Of a stretch of DNA of 64,000 nt, positions 9,484 through 18,610 are shown one piece after another (the stretch's first letter is position 1; each line of letters begins with the position of its first letter). Under the pieces are notes generated by a model that saw only the letters and a program-made list of their open reading frames with translations, was not told where the DNA came from and made no database searches. This stretch comes from Clostridia bacterium (lineage in GTDB: Bacteria; Bacillota; Clostridia; Oscillospirales; CAG-272): contig JAFYBN010000014.1 of assembly GCA_017540175.1 (NCBI GenBank), forward strand, positions 39,010 through 103,009, written 5' to 3'. The position numbers were made by a program, and so were the translations under genes.

Positions 9484-10253
9484 GCTTTCTTCCTCCCGAC
9501 AAAGCGCGTACCGACGGTTTTGCCCGCGGCGATCTCATACAGGACGGCGGGATTCTGTCCGTTGACGATCAGCATGTCGACGCCCGCCTCCATGCAAATC
9601 TTCGCGGCGGAGAGCTTGGTCGCCATGCCGCCGGTGCCGAGGGACGATCCGCTGCCGCCCGCTGCGGCGAGGATCTCGTCCGACAGCTCTCTCACCTCGG
9701 GGATGAGGCGCGCCGCGGGATCCTTATGCGGGTCGGCGGTATAGAGCCCGTCGATGTCGGACAGCACGACGAGCAGATCGGCTTTCGTGCTGGTCGCGAC
9801 GAGCGCGCCGAGGGTATCGTTGTCCCCCACCGCGACCTCTTCCGTAGCGACGGTGTCGTTCTCGTTCACGATCGGGATCGCGCCGAGCTCGATCAGCTTT
9901 TCGATGGTATTGATGAAATTGCGGTATCGGACGCCGTTTCTGAAATCCTCCGCGGTAAGGAGGATCTGCGCGACGGTGTGGCTGTATTCGGAAAAGAGCT
10001 TGTCATAGGTGTACATCAGCTCGCACTGTCCGACCGCCGCCATCGCCTGCTTCGTGGGCATGTCGTCCGGACGCGCGCCGAGGCTCATTTTCCCGACGCC
10101 CATTCCGATCGCGCCGGACGAGACGAGAATGAGCTCGTGCCCGGCGTTTTTGACGTCGGCAAGCGTTTTGCACAGCTCGCCCGTGAGGCGGATGTTGAGC
10201 CGCCCCGTCGGGTGGGTCAGGGTGGAGGTGCCGATTTTGACTGCGATTCTCAA
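9480..10253 (-). CDS. proB: Glutamate 5-kinase (short form, no PUA domain)
   Basis: (M)[13 protein letters not shown]...VSSGAIG...NDTVA..DND.L. No in-frame ATG nearby. TTG at 10253 is preceded by GGGAGA at 6 nt. The upstream part of the track ORF is implausible. Confidence 0.85.
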   Translation of the reverse strand: MRIAVKIGTSTLTHPTGRLNIRLTGELCKTLADVKNAGHELILVSSGAIGMGVGKMSLGARPDDMPTKQAMAAVGQCELMYTYDKLFSEYSHTVAQILLTAEDFRNGVRYRNFINTIEKLIELGAIPIVNENDTVATEEVAVGDNDTLGALVATSTKADLLVVLSDIDGLYTADPHKDPAARLIPEVRELSDEILAAAGGSGSSLGTGGMATKLSAAKICMEAGVDMLIVNGQNPAVLYEIAAGKTVGTRFVGRKKA

Positions 10254-10275
10254 AACAATTCTCCCGTCTCTGTGG

Positions 10276-11064
10276 TCATTTCCGGATGAATTCAAGGAAG
10301 CGCTGAATGTGGTCGTCCCAGTATTCCCACGTATGCGCTCCGGGGTCTTCCTCATAGACGTAGCCGAAGGGATTGCCTTCAAAGCCGCCGAAGAAGTCGC
10401 GGGTGAAATGCGCCGAGTCGAGCAGGAAATCGCTCGAGCCGCAGGAATGGTAGATCCGCGGGACGGGGAGCCCTTCGGCGACGATCCTCTTCGCGTTTCC
10501 GATCAGGTCTTCCTCCGAGCCGATGAGATCGCGCCCGTCGAAATTCACATATGCCCGCCGATCCTTTGCGGGGTCGATGTGCCGGGTATCCTCGGGCAGG
10601 CGGCGGTTGAAGATCCCGGCGGACAGGCAGCCGATCGCGGCGTACTGCTCCGGGTTCGCGAGTCCGATCTTGAGGGCTCCCGCGCCGCCCATCGAAAGCC
10701 CGCAGATAAAGTTGTCCTCCCGCGCGGCGGAAAAGCCGAAGAAGGAACGCATCACGGCGGGCAGCTCATGGGCGACATAGTCGTAGAAGCGGCCCCCGTG
10801 CGCCTGATTCGCGTAGCCCGACACCTCGACGGCGGGCATGACGACGGCAAGGCCGAGGGGAGCGGCGTAACGCTCGATGGAGGTGCGCCGCTGCCAGATC
10901 GTCTCGTCGTCCGACGCGCCGTGGAGCAGCCAGAGAACCGGAATTTTGTCGTTCTCGGTTGTTTCCATGCCGATGAGCTTCGAGGATTTCTCCGGCAGGA
11001 TCACCTCGCAGCCGACGCCGCGCCCGAGGACGTTCGAAAAGAAATGCGTATGCGAAAGCGCCAT
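10276..11064 (-). CDS. Esterase family protein (esterase D / CE1-like alpha/beta hydrolase)
   Basis: 262 aa. LWLLHG..DD...W, nucleophile elbow GLSMGG. Tandem paralog of 11066..11848. Confidence 0.8.
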   Translation of the reverse strand: MALSHTHFFSNVLGRGVGCEVILPEKSSKLIGMETTENDKIPVLWLLHGASDDETIWQRRTSIERYAAPLGLAVVMPAVEVSGYANQAHGGRFYDYVAHELPAVMRSFFGFSAAREDNFICGLSMGGAGALKIGLANPEQYAAIGCLSAGIFNRRLPEDTRHIDPAKDRRAYVNFDGRDLIGSEEDLIGNAKRIVAEGLPVPRIYHSCGSSDFLLDSAHFTRDFFGGFEGNPFGYVYEEDPGAHTWEYWDDHIQRFLEFIRK

Positions 11065-11065
11065 G

Positions 11066-11848
11066 TCAATTCTCCTTTCTCTTCCCGTCGATCCAGTTCA
11101 GAACGAGCTGGATCTCTCTGTCCCAGAAGCCCCAGGTGTGCGCGCCCTCCGGCTCCCGATACGTCGCGTCATAGCCGAGGGCGGCGAGGTGATCGCGCAT
11201 CCGGCGGTTGTCCGCGAGCAGAAAATCGCTCTGCCCGCAGGAGATGAAGAGCTTCGGCAGGGGCGAGCCGTCTGCCTTCCGCTTTTCGGCAAGCGCGAAG
11301 AGATCGTTGTCCGAGCCTTTGAATTCATCCGGCTCGCCGTAGATATCGGTGAAGAAATGGTTGTCGGGGTTGTACAGGTGGATCGGGTCGAACGCGGCGG
11401 AGAGGGGCGCGCAGTACCCGAAGGTCTCGGGATAGGTCAGCGCGAGGGCGAGCGAGCCGTATCCGCCCATCGAATTGCCCGATACATAGGTGTCTTCCCG
11501 CTTGTTCGACATGCCGGGGAAGAAGGAGCGGCACCGCTTCACGAGCTCGTCCCCGATGAAGGTGCGGTAGCGGTAGCCGTATTTCATGTCCGTGTACCAG
11601 CCGAGATAGGTGGTGGGCATGACGACCGCGACGCCGTGCTCTTCGGCGTACCGCTCGATCGACGTGCGGCGCATCCATGTGGTGTGGTCGTCGCTCATGC
11701 CGTGGAGCAGATAGAGGGTGGGATAGGTCTCTCCGGTCTCGCCGGGATTCACGCCGATGTTCCCGCGGGTCTTCTGCGGGAGCACGACGTTCATGGACAT
11801 CGCCATGCCGAGCGCGTCGGAGAAGAAATTGACTTCTAAAAACGCCAT
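11066..11848 (-). CDS. Esterase family protein (esterase D / CE1-like), paralog
   Basis: 260 aa. LYLLHGMSDDHTTW, GNSMGG. A 1-nt gap to the downstream paralog. Confidence 0.8.
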   Translation of the reverse strand: MAFLEVNFFSDALGMAMSMNVVLPQKTRGNIGVNPGETGETYPTLYLLHGMSDDHTTWMRRTSIERYAEEHGVAVVMPTTYLGWYTDMKYGYRYRTFIGDELVKRCRSFFPGMSNKREDTYVSGNSMGGYGSLALALTYPETFGYCAPLSAAFDPIHLYNPDNHFFTDIYGEPDEFKGSDNDLFALAEKRKADGSPLPKLFISCGQSDFLLADNRRMRDHLAALGYDATYREPEGAHTWGFWDREIQLVLNWIDGKRKEN

Positions 11849-11867
11849 AGGTTGCCTCCTCAGTATT

Positions 11868-14063
11868 TCAGAACGAGATTTTTACGTGGATCGGTTTCCC
11901 GCCGCTCGGGAAGGTGAAGTACGAGGTCTCGCTGTCCGGCTCGTAGTCGAAGGAAAGCTCGGTCTTTACGCCGTCCGCCGTGACCGAAACGGATTTCGGG
12001 GGGCGCTTGGTCCACACCCGCGCGGCGACGGTCATCTCCGACGGGCTTCTCGAGACGAAGCTCAGGGAGCGCTGGGAGACGGCGAGCTTCTCAGCGCGTC
12101 CCGCCAGGCAGACGAGGGACGCGGGCTCGCTTTTGTCGATCCGGGCGGTATCGATCCACAGCCCGACCGAACCGGGCTGAAGCAGCGGATCCTCCACGAC
12201 GGCAAGAGCGTCGTCGAAGAGGTCGATATACGAGCCGCAGAGCTCGTCCGCCTCGTCCGTCACCTCGTCCATGCGGGCTGTGACGACGTACGCGCCGCGG
12301 CGCAGGATCAGGGATTCCTTCTTTTCAGCGCCGAGCAGGGAGAGCATGAGGTCGCGGTAGGCGTCGGACGCCTCCGGTTCCGCGGCGAGCTTTGCCGGGG
12401 CGACGGGGAGGACCGATACCCTGCCCTCTCCGACCGGATAGGTCCCCTCTGCGGCATGCCTGCCGAGCCCGAGCGCTTCGGTCAGGTGCTCGGCGGGGTT
12501 TTCGTACCGGACCGCACCGGTATTCCACCATTCGCGCACGCGGTGGAAGGGATCGCTGCCGTCGCCGACCAGAACGAGGGTACCGCCCGTGCGAACCCAG
12601 CCCGCGATGCCCTGGTGGATGTCCGGGGAGGCGGGCTTCATGAATTCATAGGACAGCACCAGCGTCTTATACGGCGCGAGATAGCCCGGGAAGCGGCGGA
12701 TATTGTCGAGCTGGATGGGACGGGCGGCAAGCCCGGCTTTGAGAAGCGGCAGGGCGATGCCGTAGAAGGACGAGAACTCGAGCGCGCCCTTCGCCTGCGC
12801 CTCCCCAAGCCCGGGACTGAATTCCTCCCGCGGGTACATGCGCTGGAACATGGCGGAATCCGCGAGCGCGACGGCGACCTCGACATTGTCCCCACCCCAC
12901 TGTACGTCCGCCTGATCCTTCATGTCGCGCAGGGCGTGCATGACGGTGAGCAGATTGGTCTTGTATTCCGGCGGGATGATCGTGCGGGTATCGGAGGAGG
13001 GTCTGAAGTCCTCTCTCTTTCCGCCCGCGGCGCGGTGCGCCTCCCATTCGGCGCGGGCCGCGTTCATGGCCTCGTCGTTTGGATGGTGCTTCCCTTTCAT
13101 GACGCGCGCGGGCCACGGGGAGACCTCGTAATCGGAGATCTCCGGGTGGAAGAGCGAGGCGACGACGGTGCGGTAGTAATTCTCGCGGTAATCGACCCAG
13201 GTGTGGCGCGGATTGTCCTCGATCGGGTCGGCGAGGTACCACATCCGCCGTCCCGTGCCGCGCACCAGCTCCTGCATGACGCCGTATTCGAGGAACGCGG
13301 TCTCGAAGGTGCGCTCCTTTCTGACGCCGCGGAACACGTTCGGCTCACGCGAGGTGCCCGTCCAGATCTGGGCGATGTAGCCGTCCACGGTGGGCAGGTC
13401 GATGAGCGCGCTCTCCGGAGAGACGATCTTCCACTGGGAGTAATTGATGAGGGAATGCGTCGGGACGTAGAAGCGCAGCAGCCGCCCGTACTTCGTCATG
13501 GCATATTCCTTCAGCTCGGAGCAGAGGCGGTCGAGTGTGCGGGTGTAGAGGTACTGCTTGAGCTTCGACGCCCGGTACTGCGCGTCGCACGAGGACTGCG
13601 GGTCGACCCAGTCCTCCTTATAGTATATCTTCCATTCGCGCTTGAATGCGTCGGAATAGCCGGTTTCGACCCAGAATTCCGGTTCCTCGAGGTGGATCGC
13701 CTCCACGCCGCAGTCGACCGCGTGCCTCAGCCCGTCCGCGAGGAAATGGGCGAAGGCGTTTGTGGGCACCATGTACGGCACGTCGACTCCGTGGGCGCGC
13801 TCCGTGCCGTCGGGATTCTTCTGCCCCTCGTCGCGGTGGTTGACGCCGTCCCAGCGTCCGAAGAGATAATCCTGATACTCTCCCCACGACACGCCGGTCA
13901 TGAGGTGGACGACGTACCCGGCTTTTTTCCACTTCTTCACGCGTTTTTTCAGATCATGGAAGCCGTAAACCATGACAAAGTCGGACTGGACGTCGAAGAT
14001 CGGCTCGAAATCCCGGCTCTCCTGCACGCCCGTGCGTTCTTCGCTTCTCGGGTATTCTTTCAT
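11868..14063 (-). CDS. Conserved hypothetical protein, glycoside-hydrolase-like barrel plus C-terminal domains (function unknown)
   Basis: Start at MKEYPRSEE (ATG 14063), forming an ATGA overlap with the upstream gene's stop. 731 aa. AIHLEEPEFW-type motif. No family recognised with confidence. Confidence 0.65.
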   Translation of the reverse strand: MKEYPRSEERTGVQESRDFEPIFDVQSDFVMVYGFHDLKKRVKKWKKAGYVVHLMTGVSWGEYQDYLFGRWDGVNHRDEGQKNPDGTERAHGVDVPYMVPTNAFAHFLADGLRHAVDCGVEAIHLEEPEFWVETGYSDAFKREWKIYYKEDWVDPQSSCDAQYRASKLKQYLYTRTLDRLCSELKEYAMTKYGRLLRFYVPTHSLINYSQWKIVSPESALIDLPTVDGYIAQIWTGTSREPNVFRGVRKERTFETAFLEYGVMQELVRGTGRRMWYLADPIEDNPRHTWVDYRENYYRTVVASLFHPEISDYEVSPWPARVMKGKHHPNDEAMNAARAEWEAHRAAGGKREDFRPSSDTRTIIPPEYKTNLLTVMHALRDMKDQADVQWGGDNVEVAVALADSAMFQRMYPREEFSPGLGEAQAKGALEFSSFYGIALPLLKAGLAARPIQLDNIRRFPGYLAPYKTLVLSYEFMKPASPDIHQGIAGWVRTGGTLVLVGDGSDPFHRVREWWNTGAVRYENPAEHLTEALGLGRHAAEGTYPVGEGRVSVLPVAPAKLAAEPEASDAYRDLMLSLLGAEKKESLILRRGAYVVTARMDEVTDEADELCGSYIDLFDDALAVVEDPLLQPGSVGLWIDTARIDKSEPASLVCLAGRAEKLAVSQRSLSFVSRSPSEMTVAARVWTKRPPKSVSVTADGVKTELSFDYEPDSETSYFTFPSGGKPIHVKISF

Positions 14064-15319
14064 ACGCTTCTTTCTCCGCTTTCGGCGGTGCTCGCCGGAT
14101 CTCTCCGGCGCGGGGCGGTCGCCGACTTGCCGTCCTTTTTCACGGTGACGGAGTCGGCGTCGTAGGAAACGGCGCACAGGGGTTCGGCGAGTAAGGCCTC
14201 ACACGTCTCGTTTTCAAAAACGGGCGGGGTGAAGCTCTCCGTTCTGCCGGAACGGTATACGAAGGTGAAGACGCCGTTTTCGTCTGCTTCTGTCTTTTCC
14301 GCGTAGTCAAGCAAAACAAAGTAGTCCCACCAGTTGTTGGAATAGCCCTCGAAATCCGCGCCGCGCGCGTGCGGCATGCAGGAAAACCACCAGCGGTGGT
14401 GCAGGCGGCAGGCATGCTTTTCGCCGATCCCCTTCGGGATGTAGACGGACGGATCGAACAGCTCGGTCTCCCCGGTCAGCGCGGGGTAGTGATCGTGCCA
14501 ATCCCGCCATGTGGAGAGCACGGGCGTCGGGTTCTGCCAGTCGTAATCGCGCACGGAATTGGGCGAGAAGTGGACGTTGCCGCACGCCGCCGTGCCGTCG
14601 TAGTTGCGGTTCGCGAGGGTGAATTTCTGCCAGAGATTGAGTTTTTCGTACGGGATGCCGTCCCATTCATGCTCCGCGTAGCCCGCGCAGTCCGAGCCGC
14701 CCGTGAAGACGTGCATCATGACGTTTTCCATCATGTGGCCGAAACACTCGAAATTCGCGTCCCGGCGGCTGACGGACACGTTGAGGATCGCCGTGAGCAG
14801 GCAGTCCGCCTCAATGGGATCGCCGTTGATCCAGTAGGCGTTCTTTCCGAACATGCACGCCTCAAAGCAGTAGACCGGATCGAGATTGACGAGCAGGACG
14901 AGATCGAACTCCCCCGCCCTTCTCCGCTCGACGATGCGATGGCGCTCGAGGAGACGGCTGTAGTCGAAGGAGAAGCCAACGTCATCCGGGCAGACCTCCT
15001 TCGTGAACCATTCGTTGCTCCACCACCCGTACCAGCCCTTTTCATAGAGGCGGCAAACGGTCTCTTCGTTGAGGGAGTGCGAGGGGCCGGAGGGCAGGCG
15101 AAACTCGACCTTGTGGCGCGGGAATTCGTCGACCGTCTCCCACGCGGCGATCTCCACCTCGACAAGCCCGTGCGAGCCGAAGCGGATGTCGTCGCGAAGC
15201 TCCTCGACGGAGTTCTTGACGTCGGCGGTTTGTTTCAAAAGATCGGAAAGGCGGCTGCCGTCGGCGAACAGCGGATTCTGCTCGACGACGAGCGCGCGGA
15301 TACGGCGGCGAATCGGCAT
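14060..15319 (-). CDS. Hypothetical Trp/Cys/His-rich protein (function unknown)
   Basis: 419 aa, RBS GGAGGA. WYGWWSNEWF, CGNVHFSPNS, HHRWWFSCMPHARG. Translationally coupled to 11868..14063. Confidence 0.65.
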   Translation of the reverse strand: MPIRRRIRALVVEQNPLFADGSRLSDLLKQTADVKNSVEELRDDIRFGSHGLVEVEIAAWETVDEFPRHKVEFRLPSGPSHSLNEETVCRLYEKGWYGWWSNEWFTKEVCPDDVGFSFDYSRLLERHRIVERRRAGEFDLVLLVNLDPVYCFEACMFGKNAYWINGDPIEADCLLTAILNVSVSRRDANFECFGHMMENVMMHVFTGGSDCAGYAEHEWDGIPYEKLNLWQKFTLANRNYDGTAACGNVHFSPNSVRDYDWQNPTPVLSTWRDWHDHYPALTGETELFDPSVYIPKGIGEKHACRLHHRWWFSCMPHARGADFEGYSNNWWDYFVLLDYAEKTEADENGVFTFVYRSGRTESFTPPVFENETCEALLAEPLCAVSYDADSVTVKKDGKSATAPRRRDPASTAESGERSV

Positions 15320-15357
15320 GGAGTCCTCCCCCCGAAAACCTTCTTTGCGTTATATCC

Positions 15358-15386
15358 ATTGTATCACGCGAAAGCGGGCTTGTCAA
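15358..15386 (-). promoter_or_regulatory. SigA-type promoter of the six-gene minus-strand operon
   Basis: Minus strand TTGACA (15386-15381), 17 nt, TACAAT (15363-15358). Confidence 0.6.
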
Positions 15387-15388
15387 TC

Positions 15389-15427
15389 AAAAAAAGCCGA
15401 CCGGGGGAGAAAATCCCTCGGTCGGGC
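15389..15427 (-). terminator. Rho-independent terminator of the 15533..16204 gene
   Basis: Minus strand gcccgaccgaggg-attttct-cccccggtcggc followed by ttttttt. Confidence 0.7.
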
Positions 15428-15532
15428 GTTTGGCGGGATGATCCGGGCAGTCGATCCGAAAAAACCGGAGCCCGGGCGTAAGGGACGCGCGATCCGTCGG
15501 ACTGCGGCGTGCCGCTCTGTTCGGGGATCCGC

Positions 15533-16204
15533 TTACCGGAAGAACAGGAACCTGCGGGGCGAGAGGAAGCGACGGAGCGGATTCGGCCGAACGGCGGGGG
15601 CTTCTTTGACAGCCGTGATCGGGGGCATTTCGCCGATCTCGACCGCCGGCGCGCCCTCGAAGCGGTATTCCGGTTCGCTCTCGGGCTTGAACAGGCGGAG
15701 CTCATTCAGGGAAAGCTCGTCGCAGCCTGTGAAATTGATCACGAGGCAATAAAACGCGTACTGTGCGGCACTCTCCTCAACCTTCGCGACCTTCCAGCCG
15801 TCCGCTTCGGCGGCAAAGCCCGCGGCGGCGAGAAGATCCCATTCCTTGTCCGCCGCGCTCTTCGCGGCGAGCAGGCGCACGGTGATTTCCGTATCGGGAG
15901 CGGCATCGGCGGCGAGGGCGAAACCGGTCAGCGTCTGCGGCACACCCACGGACATGAAGATCGTGAAGGCGTGAGGTTCTTCCGGCAGGAAGCTCAGCGC
16001 GACGCCGGTTTCCCGATCCGCGTCAAACAGGGTCGTGAGATCCGGATCGTCCGCGGCGAGGGAGAGAGAGGACGTGACGCGCAGGTTTTTCATGCCCTCC
16101 GGCGCGGCGCAGTCATAAGCGGGAGTCGGATCGGCGGCAAGAGTGCCCGCGGCAAGCAGGAGCGCGAGCAGAAGCGCGCCGAGCAGGACAGTCAGTTTTT
16201 TCAT
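15533..16204 (-). CDS. Secreted protein, galactose-binding/discoidin-like domain (tentative)
   Basis: Start at MKKLTVLLGALLLALLLAAGTLA (ATG 16204, RBS ggagga). The LFDADRETG region resembles F5/8-type-C or CBM-like domains. Confidence 0.55.
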   Translation of the reverse strand: MKKLTVLLGALLLALLLAAGTLAADPTPAYDCAAPEGMKNLRVTSSLSLAADDPDLTTLFDADRETGVALSFLPEEPHAFTIFMSVGVPQTLTGFALAADAAPDTEITVRLLAAKSAADKEWDLLAAAGFAAEADGWKVAKVEESAAQYAFYCLVINFTGCDELSLNELRLFKPESEPEYRFEGAPAVEIGEMPPITAVKEAPAVRPNPLRRFLSPRRFLFFR

Positions 16205-16349
16205 GAAGGATTCCTCCATCCGTTTGATTTGTCTTCCATCATAACACAAAACCCTTCGGAATGCAAGAGGCGGGACGCAAATTCGCGTCTCCGGCTTGCT
16301 TTTTGTCTGAGAAGCAGGTATAATGAAGAAAAAACGCGAGGAGAAAACC

Positions 16350-16970
16350 ATGCCCCACATTCCACAGTCCCCGACGACCGGCGTCGAGGTTCTTTCCTTC
16401 GAGGACGCGCTCCGGACCACGAACACGGCCTACGACCGCGGGAAATGGCTCTATGTTCCCGATTTCTATTCGGAATACCGGTACATTCTCGGCACAAGGG
16501 GGGCCCATCCCCTGATCGCCGTGGGCATCAACCCCTCCACCGCCGCGCCGGACGCGCTCGACAACACGCTGAAATCCGTGGAGCGCATTGCCCTCTCAAA
16601 CGGGTATGACAGCTTCGTCATGTTCAACGTCTATGCCCAGCGCGCGACCGATCCGGACGCGATGGAAAAAGAACTCAATCCCATTCTTCACCGCGAAAAC
16701 ATGAAGGCGTTTTCCTACGTCCTCTCCGAGGCGCTCAAATCCGGGCACACCCCCGACATCTGGGCGGCGTGGGGCACGCTCATTTTGAAACGCCCCTATC
16801 TTGCCGCCTGCGTGCGGGACATGCTCCGGCTCGGGGAAGAAAAAAACGCCCGCTGGTTCACAGCCGGCGCACGGTCGAAAAAGGGAGGGCATCCCCATCA
16901 CCCGCTCTATCTGAAAAAGGACGCTCCCCTCGATCCGTTCGACGCGGGGGCATACCTCGCGTCGCTCTGA
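16350..16970 (+). CDS. DUF1643 domain-containing protein
   Basis: GINPSTA...D.T...V and NV(Y)A.RATDP motifs. The ATG at 16350 has RBS gaggag at 6 nt. The ATG at 16323 is an alternative start. Confidence 0.7.
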   Translation: MPHIPQSPTTGVEVLSFEDALRTTNTAYDRGKWLYVPDFYSEYRYILGTRGAHPLIAVGINPSTAAPDALDNTLKSVERIALSNGYDSFVMFNVYAQRATDPDAMEKELNPILHRENMKAFSYVLSEALKSGHTPDIWAAWGTLILKRPYLAACVRDMLRLGEEKNARWFTAGARSKKGGHPHHPLYLKKDAPLDPFDAGAYLASL

Positions 16971-16996
16971 GGGGAGCGCGTTATTTCGTTTTCGTC

Positions 16997-18292
16997 TCAG
17001 GCGCGCAGCATCTTCTCCGCGCACGCGAGCTTGATGCACGAGCAGAGGATCGGGATCGCCTGCTCGAGCTCCTCCGGCTCGGGGAAGGTCGGGGCGATGC
17101 GGAGGTTGCTGTCGTGCGGGTCGCGTCCGTAGGGGTAGGTCGAACCGGCGGTCGTGAGCGTCACTCCCACGGAGCGGGCAAGCTGGTACACACGCCGCGC
17201 GCAACCTTCCTTCACATACAGGGAAATGAAGTACCCGCCGCGGGGCTCGGTCCAGTGCGCGATGCCAAGCCCGTCGAGATGCTTGTGGAACTGCTTTTCG
17301 ACCAGCTCGAATTTCGGGCGGATGATGTCCGCCTGGCGCTTCATGTGGGCGCGGATGCCGTCCGCGTTCTTGAAGAACTTCACATGGCGCATCTGGTTGA
17401 TCTTGTCGTAGCCGATGGTCTGCGTCGCGATGATCGGGCGGATCTGCTCGAGGTTGCGCTCGCTCGCCGCCATGATTGCCAGTCCGGAGCCGGGGAAGGT
17501 GATCTTCGAGGTCGACGCGAAATAGAAGATGTTGTCCTCGGTGCCGTTTTCCGCGGCGTAATCAAAGATGTTGGCGAGGTGGACCTCCTCGTCGTACAGC
17601 TCGTGGACGGAGTAGGCGTTGTCCCAGAAAATGCGGAAGTCCGGCGCGGCGGGGTGCATGGCGGCGATCGCCTCCACCACCTCGTCGGAATAGGTGAGTC
17701 CCTCGGGGTTGGAGAATTTCGGCACGCACCACAGTCCCTTCACGGACGGGTCGGAACAGGCAAGGTCATAGACCGCGTCCATGTCCGGGCCGTCCGCGTT
17801 CAGCTTCACGGGAACCATTTCGATGCCGAGCGTGCGGCACATCGTGAAGTGGCGGTCGTATCCGGGAGACGGGCAGATGAATTTGATCCGTCCCTGACGG
17901 CACCACGGCTCATGCCCGCCGGCGACGCCGAACAGCATGGCGCGGACGAGGGTGTCGTAAATCACGTTCAGGGACGAGTTGCCGAGCACGAGGATGCGGT
18001 TCGCCGGGAGTCCGAGCAGTTCGCTGAACAGCCGCTTCGTCTCCGGAAGACCGTCGAGGATGCCGTAGTTGCGGCAGTCGAGCCCACTCTCGCTGAAGCA
18101 GTCGCCGCGGTCCGCGATGATGGAGAGCAGACCGGAGGAAAGGTCGAGCTGCGCCTGGTTGGGCTTGCCGCGCGTGAGGTCAAGGGTAAAGTTCATATCC
18201 GACCAGCGGTCAAGACGCGCCTGTTCCGCGGAACAGACGGCGAGCAGTTCTTCGGTGTTCATTTCGGCGAACGGTTTCTTTTCGATTGCCAT
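16997..18292 (-). CDS. PLP-dependent aminotransferase (class I/II fold)
   Basis: Start at MAIEKKPFAEM (ATG 18292, RBS ggagg). 431 aa. TSKITFPGSGLA contains the likely PLP lysine. Confidence 0.75.
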   Translation of the reverse strand: MAIEKKPFAEMNTEELLAVCSAEQARLDRWSDMNFTLDLTRGKPNQAQLDLSSGLLSIIADRGDCFSESGLDCRNYGILDGLPETKRLFSELLGLPANRILVLGNSSLNVIYDTLVRAMLFGVAGGHEPWCRQGRIKFICPSPGYDRHFTMCRTLGIEMVPVKLNADGPDMDAVYDLACSDPSVKGLWCVPKFSNPEGLTYSDEVVEAIAAMHPAAPDFRIFWDNAYSVHELYDEEVHLANIFDYAAENGTEDNIFYFASTSKITFPGSGLAIMAASERNLEQIRPIIATQTIGYDKINQMRHVKFFKNADGIRAHMKRQADIIRPKFELVEKQFHKHLDGLGIAHWTEPRGGYFISLYVKEGCARRVYQLARSVGVTLTTAGSTYPYGRDPHDSNLRIAPTFPEPEELEQAIPILCSCIKLACAEKMLRA

Positions 18293-18421
18293 GACAACCT
18301 CCGGCATTTTTGCATGTAATGATCGCAAATCTTTCAAAAGACGCGTGAAATCTGGCGGTTTATGCCCGAAAATGAATAATCGAGCGACCTTGCAATTCAT
18401 GAAACCGTCCAGTAATTGTAT

Positions 18422-18450
18422 ATTATAATGGAACTCGGGTTTGTTTTCAA
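18422..18450 (-). promoter_or_regulatory. SigA-type promoter of the aminotransferase gene
   Basis: Minus strand TTGAAA (18450-18445), 17 nt, TATAAT (18427-18422). Confidence 0.55.
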
Positions 18451-18610
18451 GTCCGGCGCGAAAAATTTTGAAAAAATTCGCAATTTATTCTCAACTTATC
18501 CGATAATGCCGGATATAATATTGCTTGTTTCTCTCGAGGTCCCGCGCGCCTGCGCGGGCGAGCAGGCGAAGTCCGGGGACCGCCTCCCGGAAATATCTTC
18601 GAAATATTTT

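Noticed and set aside
10254-10275. A T-box, riboswitch or attenuator leader upstream of proBA, and likewise upstream of thrC at 44136..44204.
   Set aside because: The gaps are only 22 nt and 69 nt, which is too short for such leaders, and no specifier or antiterminator-like structure is visible.
18536-18590. A GC-rich nested hairpin (ggtccc-gcgcgcctgcgcg-...-ggggacc) in the leader of the radical SAM gene, as a possible regulatory RNA or REP element.
   Set aside because: There is only a single copy in the window and no flanking T-run or known motif. The start codon of the downstream gene is itself uncertain, so the hairpin may lie in an untranslated or even translated region. The evidence is insufficient.
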